From: Thermotogota bacterium
GTDB lineage: Bacteria; Bipolaricaulota; Bipolaricaulia; UBA7950; UBA9294
Assembly: GCA_039679545.1 (NCBI GenBank)
Contig: JBDKUT010000091.1
Coordinates: forward strand, 1 to 17,414
Direction: 5' to 3'
DNA: 17,414 bases
The position numbers were made by a program, and so were the translations under genes. Position 1 is the stretch's first letter, and every line of letters starts with the position of its first letter. Shown here one piece after another: positions 6,962-16,722 of this stretch. The notes under the pieces were generated by a model. That model was not told the origin of the DNA, did no database searches, and worked only from the letters and a program-made list of their open reading frames with translations.

Positions 6962-9073
6962 ATGGACCGCCTGTTCCGCCCGCGCGGCGTCGCGGTCGTC
7001 GGCGCATCGACGAACCCGGCGAAGATCGGGTATCGCGTCGTCGAGAACATGGTGAAGTCCGGATATGCGGGGGCCATCTACCCGATCAATCCGAAGGGGG
7101 GTGAGATTCTCGGCCGGACGGTGTACTCGTCTCTTGGGGCGATTCCGGGTCCGGTTGATGTCGCCGTGCTGTGCGTTCCCGCCGATTGCGTGTACTCCAC
7201 GCTTCCGGAGTGCGCCGACCAAGGTGTCGGACACTTGGTCATCATCACATCGGGGTTCTCCGAGGTGGGAAACCTCGACCTAGAGAGGAAGATCGTCGAG
7301 TACGCGCGGGGGCACGGAATGCGCGTTCTCGGGCCGAACATCTTCGGGATCTACTCGGCGTCGAGTCGGTTGGACGCGACGTTCGGGCCGGGGGGGATCC
7401 TCCCTGGACACGTGGCCATCGTCACGCAAAGCGGCGCGTTGGGGATCGCCATGATCGGGAAGACCGCGGCGGAGTCGCTTGGCCTGTCTGCCCTGATCTC
7501 CGTGGGAAACAAGTCCGACATCGACGAGTCCGACCTGCTCGAGTACCTGGCGGAGGACGACGCGACGAGGGTCGTCCTCATGTACATCGAAGGGGTCAAG
7601 GGTGGCGAGAGGCTCGTCCGAACCTTGAAGCGGATCACGACGCGCAAGCACATCGTCGCCATCAAGTCAGGGCGATCCAAGCGGGGCGCGATGGCGGCGG
7701 CGTCGCACACGGGGTCCCTTGCCGGAGCGGACGCCGTGTTTGACGACATCATGCGGCAGTGCGGCGTTCTACGCGCGGAGAGCGTACAGGAGGCCTTCAA
7801 CTGGGTTCGATTCCTGTCCGACGCCCCGCTTCCCACAGGCGAAGAGGCGGTCATCGTCACAAACGGTGGGGGAATTGGCGTGCTCGCGACCGATGCTTGC
7901 GAGAAGTACGGCGTGCAGCTGTTTGACGATCAGGCAATCCTTAAGAGAACCTTCGCCGACGTCATGCCGGACTTCGGATCGTCGAAGAACCCGATCGATT
8001 TGACCGGCCAGGCGACGGCCGAGGACTACGCCCGCTCGCTTGAGGCGGTCCTGGAGCGAGACGACATGCAGGCCGCGATCGCCCTGTACTGTGAGACGGC
8101 GCTCTTCGACACCGAGCAGTTTGCGTCGCTTCTTCGCACCGTGTACCAGCGGTACCGGGGGCGCAAGCCGATCGTGTTCTCGCTGTTCGGCGGCGAGCGG
8201 ATCGAGAAGATCCTGCGCGAGCTGCGCCTCGAGGGGATCCCGGTGTTCGGAGACGTCTACGAGGCGGTGTCCGTCCTCGGCGCGCTCTACCGCTCGTGGA
8301 GGCGCCAGAGCGAGGTTGCGGAGAACGAGTCGCCGCCTTCCGAAATCGACGTGGCCGGGATCCGCACCGTCCTTCGCAAGGCGGGCGAAGACGGACGAGG
8401 CTTCCTCCTCGCCCACGAGGCGGCGGCGGTAGCCAAGATTCTCGGACTCCGAATGCCGCGGTCGATCCTCGCGCGGAACTTGGACGAGGCCGTCCGCGCG
8501 GCCAGGGAGATCGGATACCCGGTCGTTATGAAGGTCGTGTCGAAGGACATCGTCCACAAGAGCGACGCCGGCGGCGTTGCCCTCGACCTCGAGACGCCGA
8601 AAGAAGTCATTGACGCTTACCAGGCGATCCTCCAGAGCTGCCTCGCGCACAAGCCCGACGCCGTGATCGAGGGGATCGAGGTCGTCGAAATGGTGACCGC
8701 GGGGGTGGAGACGATCATCGGCGCGAGACAAGATTCCTCGTTCGGCCCGGTGGTGATGTTCGGCCTCGGAGGGATCTACGTCGAAGTCATGAAGGACGTC
8801 GCGTTCCGCGCGGCGCCGGTCGAGCCAACGACGGCGCGGATCATGATCGGCAGCATCCGCTCGTATCCTCTCTTGCTCGGCGTACGCGGGGAGAGCCGCA
8901 AGGACGTCGCAGCCGCTGCGGATGTGGTCGTGCGACTGGGACAACTGGCGGCGCAGTGCAGAGAGATCACCGATATCGAAGTGAACCCGCTTGTCGTCTA
9001 CGATTACGGTAAGGGAGTTGTCGCGGTGGACGTACGGATCCTGTTTGAGAATCAGGGGGGTGACGTAGCGTGA
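6962..9073 (+). CDS. ADP-forming acetate/acyl-CoA ligase, fused alpha+beta (ACD family)
   Basis: LFRPRGVAVVGAS, RVLGPN, TQSGAL, SVGNKSD, AAASHTGSLAG (phospho-His), VTNGGGIG and KNPIDL motifs; ATP-grasp GYPVVMKVVSKDIVHKSDAGGV, FGPVVMFGLGG and EVNP. Start ATG 6962. Confidence 0.93.
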   Translation: MDRLFRPRGVAVVGASTNPAKIGYRVVENMVKSGYAGAIYPINPKGGEILGRTVYSSLGAIPGPVDVAVLCVPADCVYSTLPECADQGVGHLVIITSGFSEVGNLDLERKIVEYARGHGMRVLGPNIFGIYSASSRLDATFGPGGILPGHVAIVTQSGALGIAMIGKTAAESLGLSALISVGNKSDIDESDLLEYLAEDDATRVVLMYIEGVKGGERLVRTLKRITTRKHIVAIKSGRSKRGAMAAASHTGSLAGADAVFDDIMRQCGVLRAESVQEAFNWVRFLSDAPLPTGEEAVIVTNGGGIGVLATDACEKYGVQLFDDQAILKRTFADVMPDFGSSKNPIDLTGQATAEDYARSLEAVLERDDMQAAIALYCETALFDTEQFASLLRTVYQRYRGRKPIVFSLFGGERIEKILRELRLEGIPVFGDVYEAVSVLGALYRSWRRQSEVAENESPPSEIDVAGIRTVLRKAGEDGRGFLLAHEAAAVAKILGLRMPRSILARNLDEAVRAAREIGYPVVMKVVSKDIVHKSDAGGVALDLETPKEVIDAYQAILQSCLAHKPDAVIEGIEVVEMVTAGVETIIGARQDSSFGPVVMFGLGGIYVEVMKDVAFRAAPVEPTTARIMIGSIRSYPLLLGVRGESRKDVAAAADVVVRLGQLAAQCREITDIEVNPLVVYDYGKGVVAVDVRILFENQGGDVA

Positions 9074-10116
9074 AGTCGCTGATCGTAGCGTCGACGCGTG
9101 AGGGTGCTGGGAAGACGAGCGTGCTGGTCGGCCTGGCGAACGCCATCGATCGGCGTTTCGGCTACATCAAGCCGCTGGGCGATCGGTTTCTCTACCGCAA
9201 GAAGCGTCTCTGGGACTACGATGCCGCGCTGTTCTCGCGGCTGCTCCAGCTGGGAGAGGAACCGGAGACCATGAGCATTGGCTTCGATCACTCCAAGCTT
9301 CGCTTCATGTACGACCGCTCTTCGATGGCGAAAGAGCTGCGACGGGTGATGGAGTCGCTCAGCGTGGACCGTGACACGGTGCTCATCGAGTGTGGGAAGA
9401 ACCTGTCTCACGGGGCTTCGGTGTACCTGGATCCGCTGACGATCTCCCAGGAGACGGGGTTCCCCGTCCTGATCGTGGCGGGAGGAAGCGAGGACGACAT
9501 CGCCGACGATCTTGCCTTCATCGAACGCTTCGTCGGGTCCGACGAAGCGACGGTCGCGGGCGTCATCGTGAACAAGGTTCTCCACGCCGACGATTTTCGA
9601 GAGGTTCAGCTTCCCGAGATCGAGCGGCTCGGGGTGAATGTGTTTGGCGTCATTCCCTACGACAAGGAGCTAACAACGATGACCGTGGCGACGGTTGCGG
9701 AGCGGCTCTTCGCGCGCGTGGTCGCCGGGGAGGATGGGCTCCAGCGCGTGGTCCGCAAGGTCACGGTGGGCGCGATGTCGGTCGCTGCGGCGATGAGCGG
9801 GGCGACGATCAAGGCGCCTGACAAGATGGTGATCACGAGCGGGGATCGCAGCGACATGATCCTCGCGGCGATTGAAGCCGGGGGCACGTCAGCCATCGTC
9901 CTGACGAACAACATCCTGCCGCCGTCGAACGTGACCTCGAGAGCGTCGGAGAAAAAGATCCCGCTCCTTCTCGTTCCGGGGGATACCTACGCCGTGGCGA
10001 TGCAGGTGGAAAAGATCGAGCCGCTCATCACGCCGGACGAAACGAAGAAGGTAGAGCGGCTGCGCGATCTCGTGACAAAGCACGTCGATCTCGCCGCAAT
10101 CCGGAGGCTGCTGTAG
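9070..10116 (+). CDS. Phosphotransacetylase N-terminal-like protein (BioD-like/AAA_26 + DRTGG domains, no catalytic PTA domain)
   Basis: P-loop STREGAGKT, GYIKPLG, GVIVNKV, GVIPYD, VGAM and VITSGDRSDMILAA (DRTGG) motifs; GTGA overlap with the ligase stop; RBS GGGGGGTGA. Confidence 0.9.
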   Translation: MKSLIVASTREGAGKTSVLVGLANAIDRRFGYIKPLGDRFLYRKKRLWDYDAALFSRLLQLGEEPETMSIGFDHSKLRFMYDRSSMAKELRRVMESLSVDRDTVLIECGKNLSHGASVYLDPLTISQETGFPVLIVAGGSEDDIADDLAFIERFVGSDEATVAGVIVNKVLHADDFREVQLPEIERLGVNVFGVIPYDKELTTMTVATVAERLFARVVAGEDGLQRVVRKVTVGAMSVAAAMSGATIKAPDKMVITSGDRSDMILAAIEAGGTSAIVLTNNILPPSNVTSRASEKKIPLLLVPGDTYAVAMQVEKIEPLITPDETKKVERLRDLVTKHVDLAAIRRLL

Positions 10117-10128
10117 ATCGGCCGGTGC

Positions 10129-10164
10129 AAACGAAAGGACGGAAGGGGGTGACCTCTTCCGTCC
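10129..10164 (-). terminator. Intrinsic terminator between convergent genes (possibly bidirectional)
   Basis: 12-bp stem 10137-10148/10153-10164 with a GTGA loop on the + strand. On the minus strand it is followed by TTTCGTTT; the + strand tail (CGTTCT) is weak. Confidence 0.7.
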
Positions 10165-10199
10165 CGTTCTCCGAGCCGACATTATTGGGGGCGAGCGCG

Positions 10200-10373
10200 T
10201 TAGCTCTTGTTCTCCTCGCGCTCGAGGTACTGAAGGATGGCGTCGACGACGAGGTAGTTGATGGAGCGATCCTGCTTTTCGCCCAGTTTCATCAGCCGCT
10301 CAACGGGCCGGTCGCTCATCTTCTTCTGAGGAATGTAGATCGAGAGCTTGTCAAGAATCTCCTTCTTCGGCAC
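10200..10373 (-). CDS. Small ribbon-helix-helix (Arc/CopG-like) DNA-binding protein, 57 aa
   Basis: Beta strand KLSIYIP, helix PVERLMKLGEKQD, RS turn, helix INYLVVDAILQYLERE. RBS GGAGAGGGGGTGA 5 nt before GTG 10373; own terminator; amino-acid composition unlike the shadow ORFs. Confidence 0.8.
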   Translation of the reverse strand: MPKKEILDKLSIYIPQKKMSDRPVERLMKLGEKQDRSINYLVVDAILQYLEREENKS

Positions 10374-10556
10374 GGAGTTCACCCCCTCTCCTCAACAGCC
10401 AACCCCTTTGGGGCCGCTTGCTTTGCTTCTCCCAGAAGTTGGGGACGGGGCTAGCGTATCTCAAACCGCGGAGGTATCCATGGAGGTGAGTGGAAAGTAA
10501 GATGGAAGAATCATGCAAGACGGCGCCGAAGGCGCGCGCCTCGGGAGCACGTGGAA

Positions 10557-12110
10557 ATGACTGAGAAAAGCGAAGCCGACAGGTTTCCAAGGAACGCCGG
10601 CAGGGGCCACTCCATCGCGCTGTGGGGTGCCAAGGTTTGGGGGCATCCTGACAGCGATGCCGTCGTCCTGCGAGACGGGCGGATCGCGTGGATCGGCAAG
10701 AGCGACGCGTTGGGGGACTCGGCCGACCCGGCGATCGACGTGCGGGGGGGAGCCGTGATCCCCGGTTTCGTGGACGCGCACGTGCATCTTGCGCAGACGG
10801 GACTCGCCGACATCGGCTGGCACGTCGACCTGGCGGGGCGATCGAGAGACGAAACGATTGCGGCCGTGCGGGACGCGGCGCGGGGGCGCGGCCCCGGGGA
10901 GTGGGTCGTCGCCACCGGATGGGACGAGAGCCGCTGGCCCGAGCCCCAGGCGCTGACGCGTCGGGAGCTCGACCGAGCGGCACCGCGAAACCCTGTTCTC
11001 GCGGTCCGCGTGGACGGGCATGTTCTCGTTGCGAACTCGCACGGCCTGCAGGACCAGCCGGTCGCCGCAATCCTGGCGGCTCGACCGGGCGACGTAGACG
11101 AGGACCGGGGACACGTCCGTGAGGACGCCGCGATGGCCGCCGTGGCGGCCGTGCGGCCCGATCGCGCCACGATCGACGAAGCGCTCCGGGCGGCCGCCCG
11201 CCTCTGTCACCGGGTGGGGATCGTCTCGGCCCACACGATGTGCGACGGCTTCGAGCCGGAGATCTTCTTGAAGGCGGCGGAAGCGCTGGCACTGCGTCTG
11301 GTCGTCAATCCGCCGGTTGAGGCGTTGTCGGCCCTCGTCACGGCAGGTTGTAGGACGGGCGAGGGAGACGACTGGGCGAAGTGGGGCGGCGTCAAACTGT
11401 TCCTTGACGGATCGATCGGTGCGCGGAATGCCGCCGTGTTCGAGCCGTTCCGAAGCGGAGGACGCGGGGCGCTTCTACGCGACGACGCGGCGGTCGCGGC
11501 TTTGATTCGGACGGCGGACGCGGCGGGATGGCAGACGATCGCCCACGCGATCGGCGATCGCGCCATCGAGCAGCTCTTGAACACGCACGAGGCTCTGGAA
11601 ACGTGCGCTGCACTGCGACACCGCGTCGAACACTTCGAACTTGCGTCGAAGGAGCAGATCGCACGGGCCGTCGAGAACGGACTTTGTGCGTGCATGCAGC
11701 CGAATTTCGTCGGGAATTGGTCAGGGGTTGGAAGCCTCTATGATCGGGAGCTCGGTCCTTTGCGAGATCGCCGATCTGATCCGCACCGCTGGGTCGTCGA
11801 TGCGGGGATGGCGTTGGGGTTTGGATCGGACGGGATGCCGGTCTCGCCGCTCTACGGCCTCGGTTGCGCGGTGCGCCCGCCCCACGAGGCTCAGCGCCTC
11901 TCCCTTGAAGAGGCCATGGACGCCTACACCGTGGGCGGCGCCTACCTCGTTCACGACGAGGCGAACGCCGGGGCAATCGACATCGGAAAGAGAGCGGATA
12001 TTGTTGTGCTCGGCGCGGCGCAGGACGACGCCACAGACGAGATCGGGCGGCGGACGGTGGAGTGGACGTTCGTTGGCGGAACGTGCGTGTACCATCGGGT
12101 GGTGACATGA
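10557..12110 (+). CDS. Amidohydrolase 3 family protein (YtcJ-like)
   Basis: PGFVDAHVH, GWDESRW, RVDGH, GVKLFLDGSIG, HAIGDRA, RVEHFE, MQPNF, FGSD and GKRADIVVL motifs. GGGAG lies 9 nt before ATG 10557 (GTG 10551 is an alternative start). Confidence 0.92.
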   Translation: MTEKSEADRFPRNAGRGHSIALWGAKVWGHPDSDAVVLRDGRIAWIGKSDALGDSADPAIDVRGGAVIPGFVDAHVHLAQTGLADIGWHVDLAGRSRDETIAAVRDAARGRGPGEWVVATGWDESRWPEPQALTRRELDRAAPRNPVLAVRVDGHVLVANSHGLQDQPVAAILAARPGDVDEDRGHVREDAAMAAVAAVRPDRATIDEALRAAARLCHRVGIVSAHTMCDGFEPEIFLKAAEALALRLVVNPPVEALSALVTAGCRTGEGDDWAKWGGVKLFLDGSIGARNAAVFEPFRSGGRGALLRDDAAVAALIRTADAAGWQTIAHAIGDRAIEQLLNTHEALETCAALRHRVEHFELASKEQIARAVENGLCACMQPNFVGNWSGVGSLYDRELGPLRDRRSDPHRWVVDAGMALGFGSDGMPVSPLYGLGCAVRPPHEAQRLSLEEAMDAYTVGGAYLVHDEANAGAIDIGKRADIVVLGAAQDDATDEIGRRTVEWTFVGGTCVYHRVVT

Positions 12111-13316
12111 TGCGAATCGGGCTGTTCACGGATGCGTACCTGCCGGAGATCACCGGCGTGACGACGGCGGTGAGCCAACTGCGTGCGGAGCTCGAGCGGT
12201 TGGGGCACGAGACGTACGTCTATGCGCCCCGCTACAACCGACCGTACGAGGAGGAGCCGAGAACCTTCCGGTTCCGCTCCAGTGGGGTGTTCGCCTACAA
12301 GACCGCGCGGATCGCCGTGCCGTACAGTCACGAGGCCTCGAAGAGCTTCGTCGCCCTCGACGTCGTTCATAGCCACACCCCGTTCTCCCTCGCGTACGCC
12401 GCGTTCACCGCCGCCTATCGGTACAGGCTCCCTCACGTGCAGACTTACCACACGTATCTGAGTCAGTACCGGCACTACATCCCTCGCCCGATCCGCCCTT
12501 CGGTGCGTGCCGCGGAAAGGTACTCGGCAGCGCTCTGCAATCGGTGCTCGGTGATCACCGTCCCGACCCGTTCGATCCACGACGAGTTGGTGCGGTTCGG
12601 CGTTCGCCGCCCGATCCGGATCCTTCCGTTCGGTCCCGACATGAACGTGTACGCTCAACCCGGCGTCTGGAAGCCGCGCAAGGAAATGGGAATCCCCGAT
12701 GGCGCTCCGTTGCTCCTTTACGCGGGACGCATGGCTGCGGAGAAGAATCTGAGCTTCGTCCTCGAGGCGTTCGCCAAGGTGCACGAGACCGCGGAGAACG
12801 CAATCATGGCGTGGGCGGGCGACGGTCCCCTGCGCGCGTGGCTGGAGGAAGAGGGCGACCGCCTCGGGCTGCGCAACGCTCTGCGGTTTCCGGGTTTCCT
12901 CGATCGCCAACGGTTGACGGACCTGTACAAGGAGACCGACCTCTTCCTGTTCGCATCGAAGACCGAGACGCAGGGGTTGGTGCTCGCCGAGGCGATGGCG
13001 GGGGGAGCTCCTGTGGTTGCCGTTCGAGCGATGGGCGTTCGGGACGTCGTGGCAGACGGTGTAAGCGGTATCCTCGTATCGGAGTCGGTCGACGAGTTTG
13101 CCGGGAGTGTCGTCGGGACTCTGGCCGACCCCGCGCTTCGCGCCTGCCTAAGCGAGGGCGCCCGTCGAGCGGCCGAGGAGATGTCCCTTCAGAACTGCGC
13201 GAGGCGGTTCGCCGAGATCTACGAAGAAAGCCGTGCCGAGGTTCCACATCCTCGAACCTGGCGGCGCCTCGTCGGACACCGCGACCACGTTCGACATCGG
13301 AGACCCCGATCGACGG

Positions 13317-13330
<14 letters not shown>
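12110..13330 (+). CDS. GT4 glycosyltransferase, diacylglycerol glucosyltransferase-like (glycolipid synthesis)
   Basis: MRIGLFTDAYLPEITGV, DVVHSHTPF, TYHT, YAGRMAAEKN and FASKTETQGLVLAEAMAGG (EX7E) motifs. The start overlaps the amidohydrolase stop (ATG 12107 or 12110). Confidence 0.9.
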
Positions 13331-15140
<1,810 letters not shown>

Positions 15141-15162
15141 CCGGATCACCCCCGTGAGAGGA

Positions 15163-15191
15163 AGTGTAGCCGCGTGGTTCGCCATGTCCAA
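15163..15191 (-). promoter_or_regulatory. Sigma70-type promoter of glmS
   Basis: Minus strand TTGGAC (15191-15186), 17-nt spacer, TACACT (15168-15163). Confidence 0.5.
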
Positions 15192-15205
15192 CGACGATTG
15201 GCCTT

Positions 15206-15233
15206 TTGTGCACCGAAGAGGGGCGGCTATAAT
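15206..15233 (+). promoter_or_regulatory. Promoter of the DUF151 gene (leaderless type)
   Basis: TTGTGC (15206-15211), 16-nt spacer, TATAAT (15228-15233), 6 nt, ATG 15240. Confidence 0.6.
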
Positions 15234-15239
15234 CCAGCG

Positions 15240-15776
15240 ATGGACTCGATGTCGTCGAAGGGAGGGCCGGCGGGCATGCGCGAGGTCGTGATCAAGGCGC
15301 TCTTGGTCGACCCGTCCAACAACTCACCCGTCGTCTTGCTCAAGGATCGGAAGTCCCAGAAGGCCCTGCCGATTTGGATTGGAGACGCGGAGGCCATCTC
15401 GATTGCGTTCGGTCTCCAGAGCGAAGACTTCCCGCGGCCGCTTACGCACGCGTTGATGAAGGAGATGCTGGAGGACCTTCGCGCCAGCGTCGAGCGCGTC
15501 GTCATCAAAGAGGTCAAAGATGGGACGTACTTCGCCTCGATTTTCGTGAAGGACGCCCAGGGTGGCCTCCTCGAGTTTGACGCACGACCTTCGGACTCCC
15601 TCGCCCTGTCGCTTCGGGCCGGATGTCCGATCTTCATTGCCGATGCTGTCTTCGACGCGGCCGCGATCGAGTCTCCATTTGCCGAGGAAGACGAGTTCCA
15701 GGAGTTCGTGGAAGAGGACCTCGACCTGCGGGAGTTCCGGCGTCGGCGGGGGGAAGGTTCCGCGAAGAACAACTGA
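15240..15776 (+). CDS. Bifunctional nuclease family protein (DUF151)
   Basis: PVVLLKD...LPIWIG..EA..I, PRPLTH.L, GTYFA and DARPSDSLAL motifs. Start is ATG 15240 (leaderless) or ATG 15276 (GGAGG 10 nt upstream). Confidence 0.92.
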   Translation: MDSMSSKGGPAGMREVVIKALLVDPSNNSPVVLLKDRKSQKALPIWIGDAEAISIAFGLQSEDFPRPLTHALMKEMLEDLRASVERVVIKEVKDGTYFASIFVKDAQGGLLEFDARPSDSLALSLRAGCPIFIADAVFDAAAIESPFAEEDEFQEFVEEDLDLREFRRRRGEGSAKNN

Positions 15777-15807
15777 CCGCGCCCGGTTTCGCCTGTCCAG
15801 CGGTCAA

Positions 15808-16656
15808 CTAGCCGCGCACGATCTCTGCGTTCTCCGGCAGGGTGAGGACCTGCTCAGCAGTGAGCCCCTGGTTGACCGTCACCTCTTCCACGCGAATCGT
15901 TCGGTCCCGTTCTCCGTTCGCGTAGAAGACGACCTTCTGGACAAGGAAGGAGCGACGGTCGATCCAAATCATGCGTTCGAGCTGACGCGTGTCCGAGGCG
16001 CGAACCTCGAGGACGTAGGCCGTCTGGAACGCTTCTCCCATCATGGCGGCGACGGTGCTGAAGCTTGGGCCGGCGGAGGAAGTCTCCGTCATGCCGGGAG
16101 AGAACGAATTCGGCTCCGCCGCCTCTGCAGCCACGAACGTCCCCCCCACGTTGACGGTGGCCGGAAAGCCGTCGAGCGGGAAGCCGCCACCCTCTTTCAC
16201 AATGCCGATCTGAACGCGGCCTTCGGTCCATTCGGTCTTGATCTGTGACACGTCGAGGCCGGAGAGTCCGATGGCCGCGATCGGGAGCCCGACCCAGCGT
16301 TTGACGACGAGCAAGTTCTCGCTCGGCAGGTAGTGGCTGAGCAGATCGTTCTGCACTGTGTAGGTCTCGTCTTGCAGCGTTGCCGGGGACAGGTACTTCG
16401 CAGAAACCGCCGGAGGAGGGCCGCTGACCAGTTGCACGAGCATTCGGATCGGCTCGCCCTCGGTCTCGGCCTCGCTGAACTCGACGACCGCTTCCAGGTC
16501 CCGAACCTGGGACAGAGCGCGCTCCACCCGCCAGATCAACCCTTCGACCTTCGTTGTCGGATGGGCGTCCAAAAGGTATTGCTGGACGCCGGCAATCGTC
16601 ACGACAAGGGCCATGAAGAGACCCACGGCAAGGAGGACGTACCCTTGAGTGCTCAT
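15808..16656 (-). CDS. Membrane-anchored LolA-fold (lipoprotein carrier-like) hypothetical protein
   Basis: N-terminal hydrophobic helix YVLLAVGLFMALVVTIAGV; beta-rich body. The C-terminal YVLEV...IWIDRRSFLVQKVVFY...VTVNQGL...LTLPENAEIV pattern resembles LolA-like proteins. Confidence 0.65.
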   Translation of the reverse strand: MSTQGYVLLAVGLFMALVVTIAGVQQYLLDAHPTTKVEGLIWRVERALSQVRDLEAVVEFSEAETEGEPIRMLVQLVSGPPPAVSAKYLSPATLQDETYTVQNDLLSHYLPSENLLVVKRWVGLPIAAIGLSGLDVSQIKTEWTEGRVQIGIVKEGGGFPLDGFPATVNVGGTFVAAEAAEPNSFSPGMTETSSAGPSFSTVAAMMGEAFQTAYVLEVRASDTRQLERMIWIDRRSFLVQKVVFYANGERDRTIRVEEVTVNQGLTAEQVLTLPENAEIVRG

Positions 16657-16693
16657 GCAGCCTGATTATAATCCGCTTCTGTAGGGCATTCAA
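16645..16693. promoter_or_regulatory. Overlapping divergent promoters sharing the palindromic -10 GATTATAATC
   Basis: Plus strand: TTGAGT (16645-16650)-N16-TATAAT (16667-16672), toward pgk. Minus strand: TTGAAT (16693-16688)-N17-TATAAT (16670-16665), 8 nt before ATG 16656. Confidence 0.65.
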
Positions 16694-16722
16694 ACCGATT
16701 GTGACGGACACAGGAGGATCGC

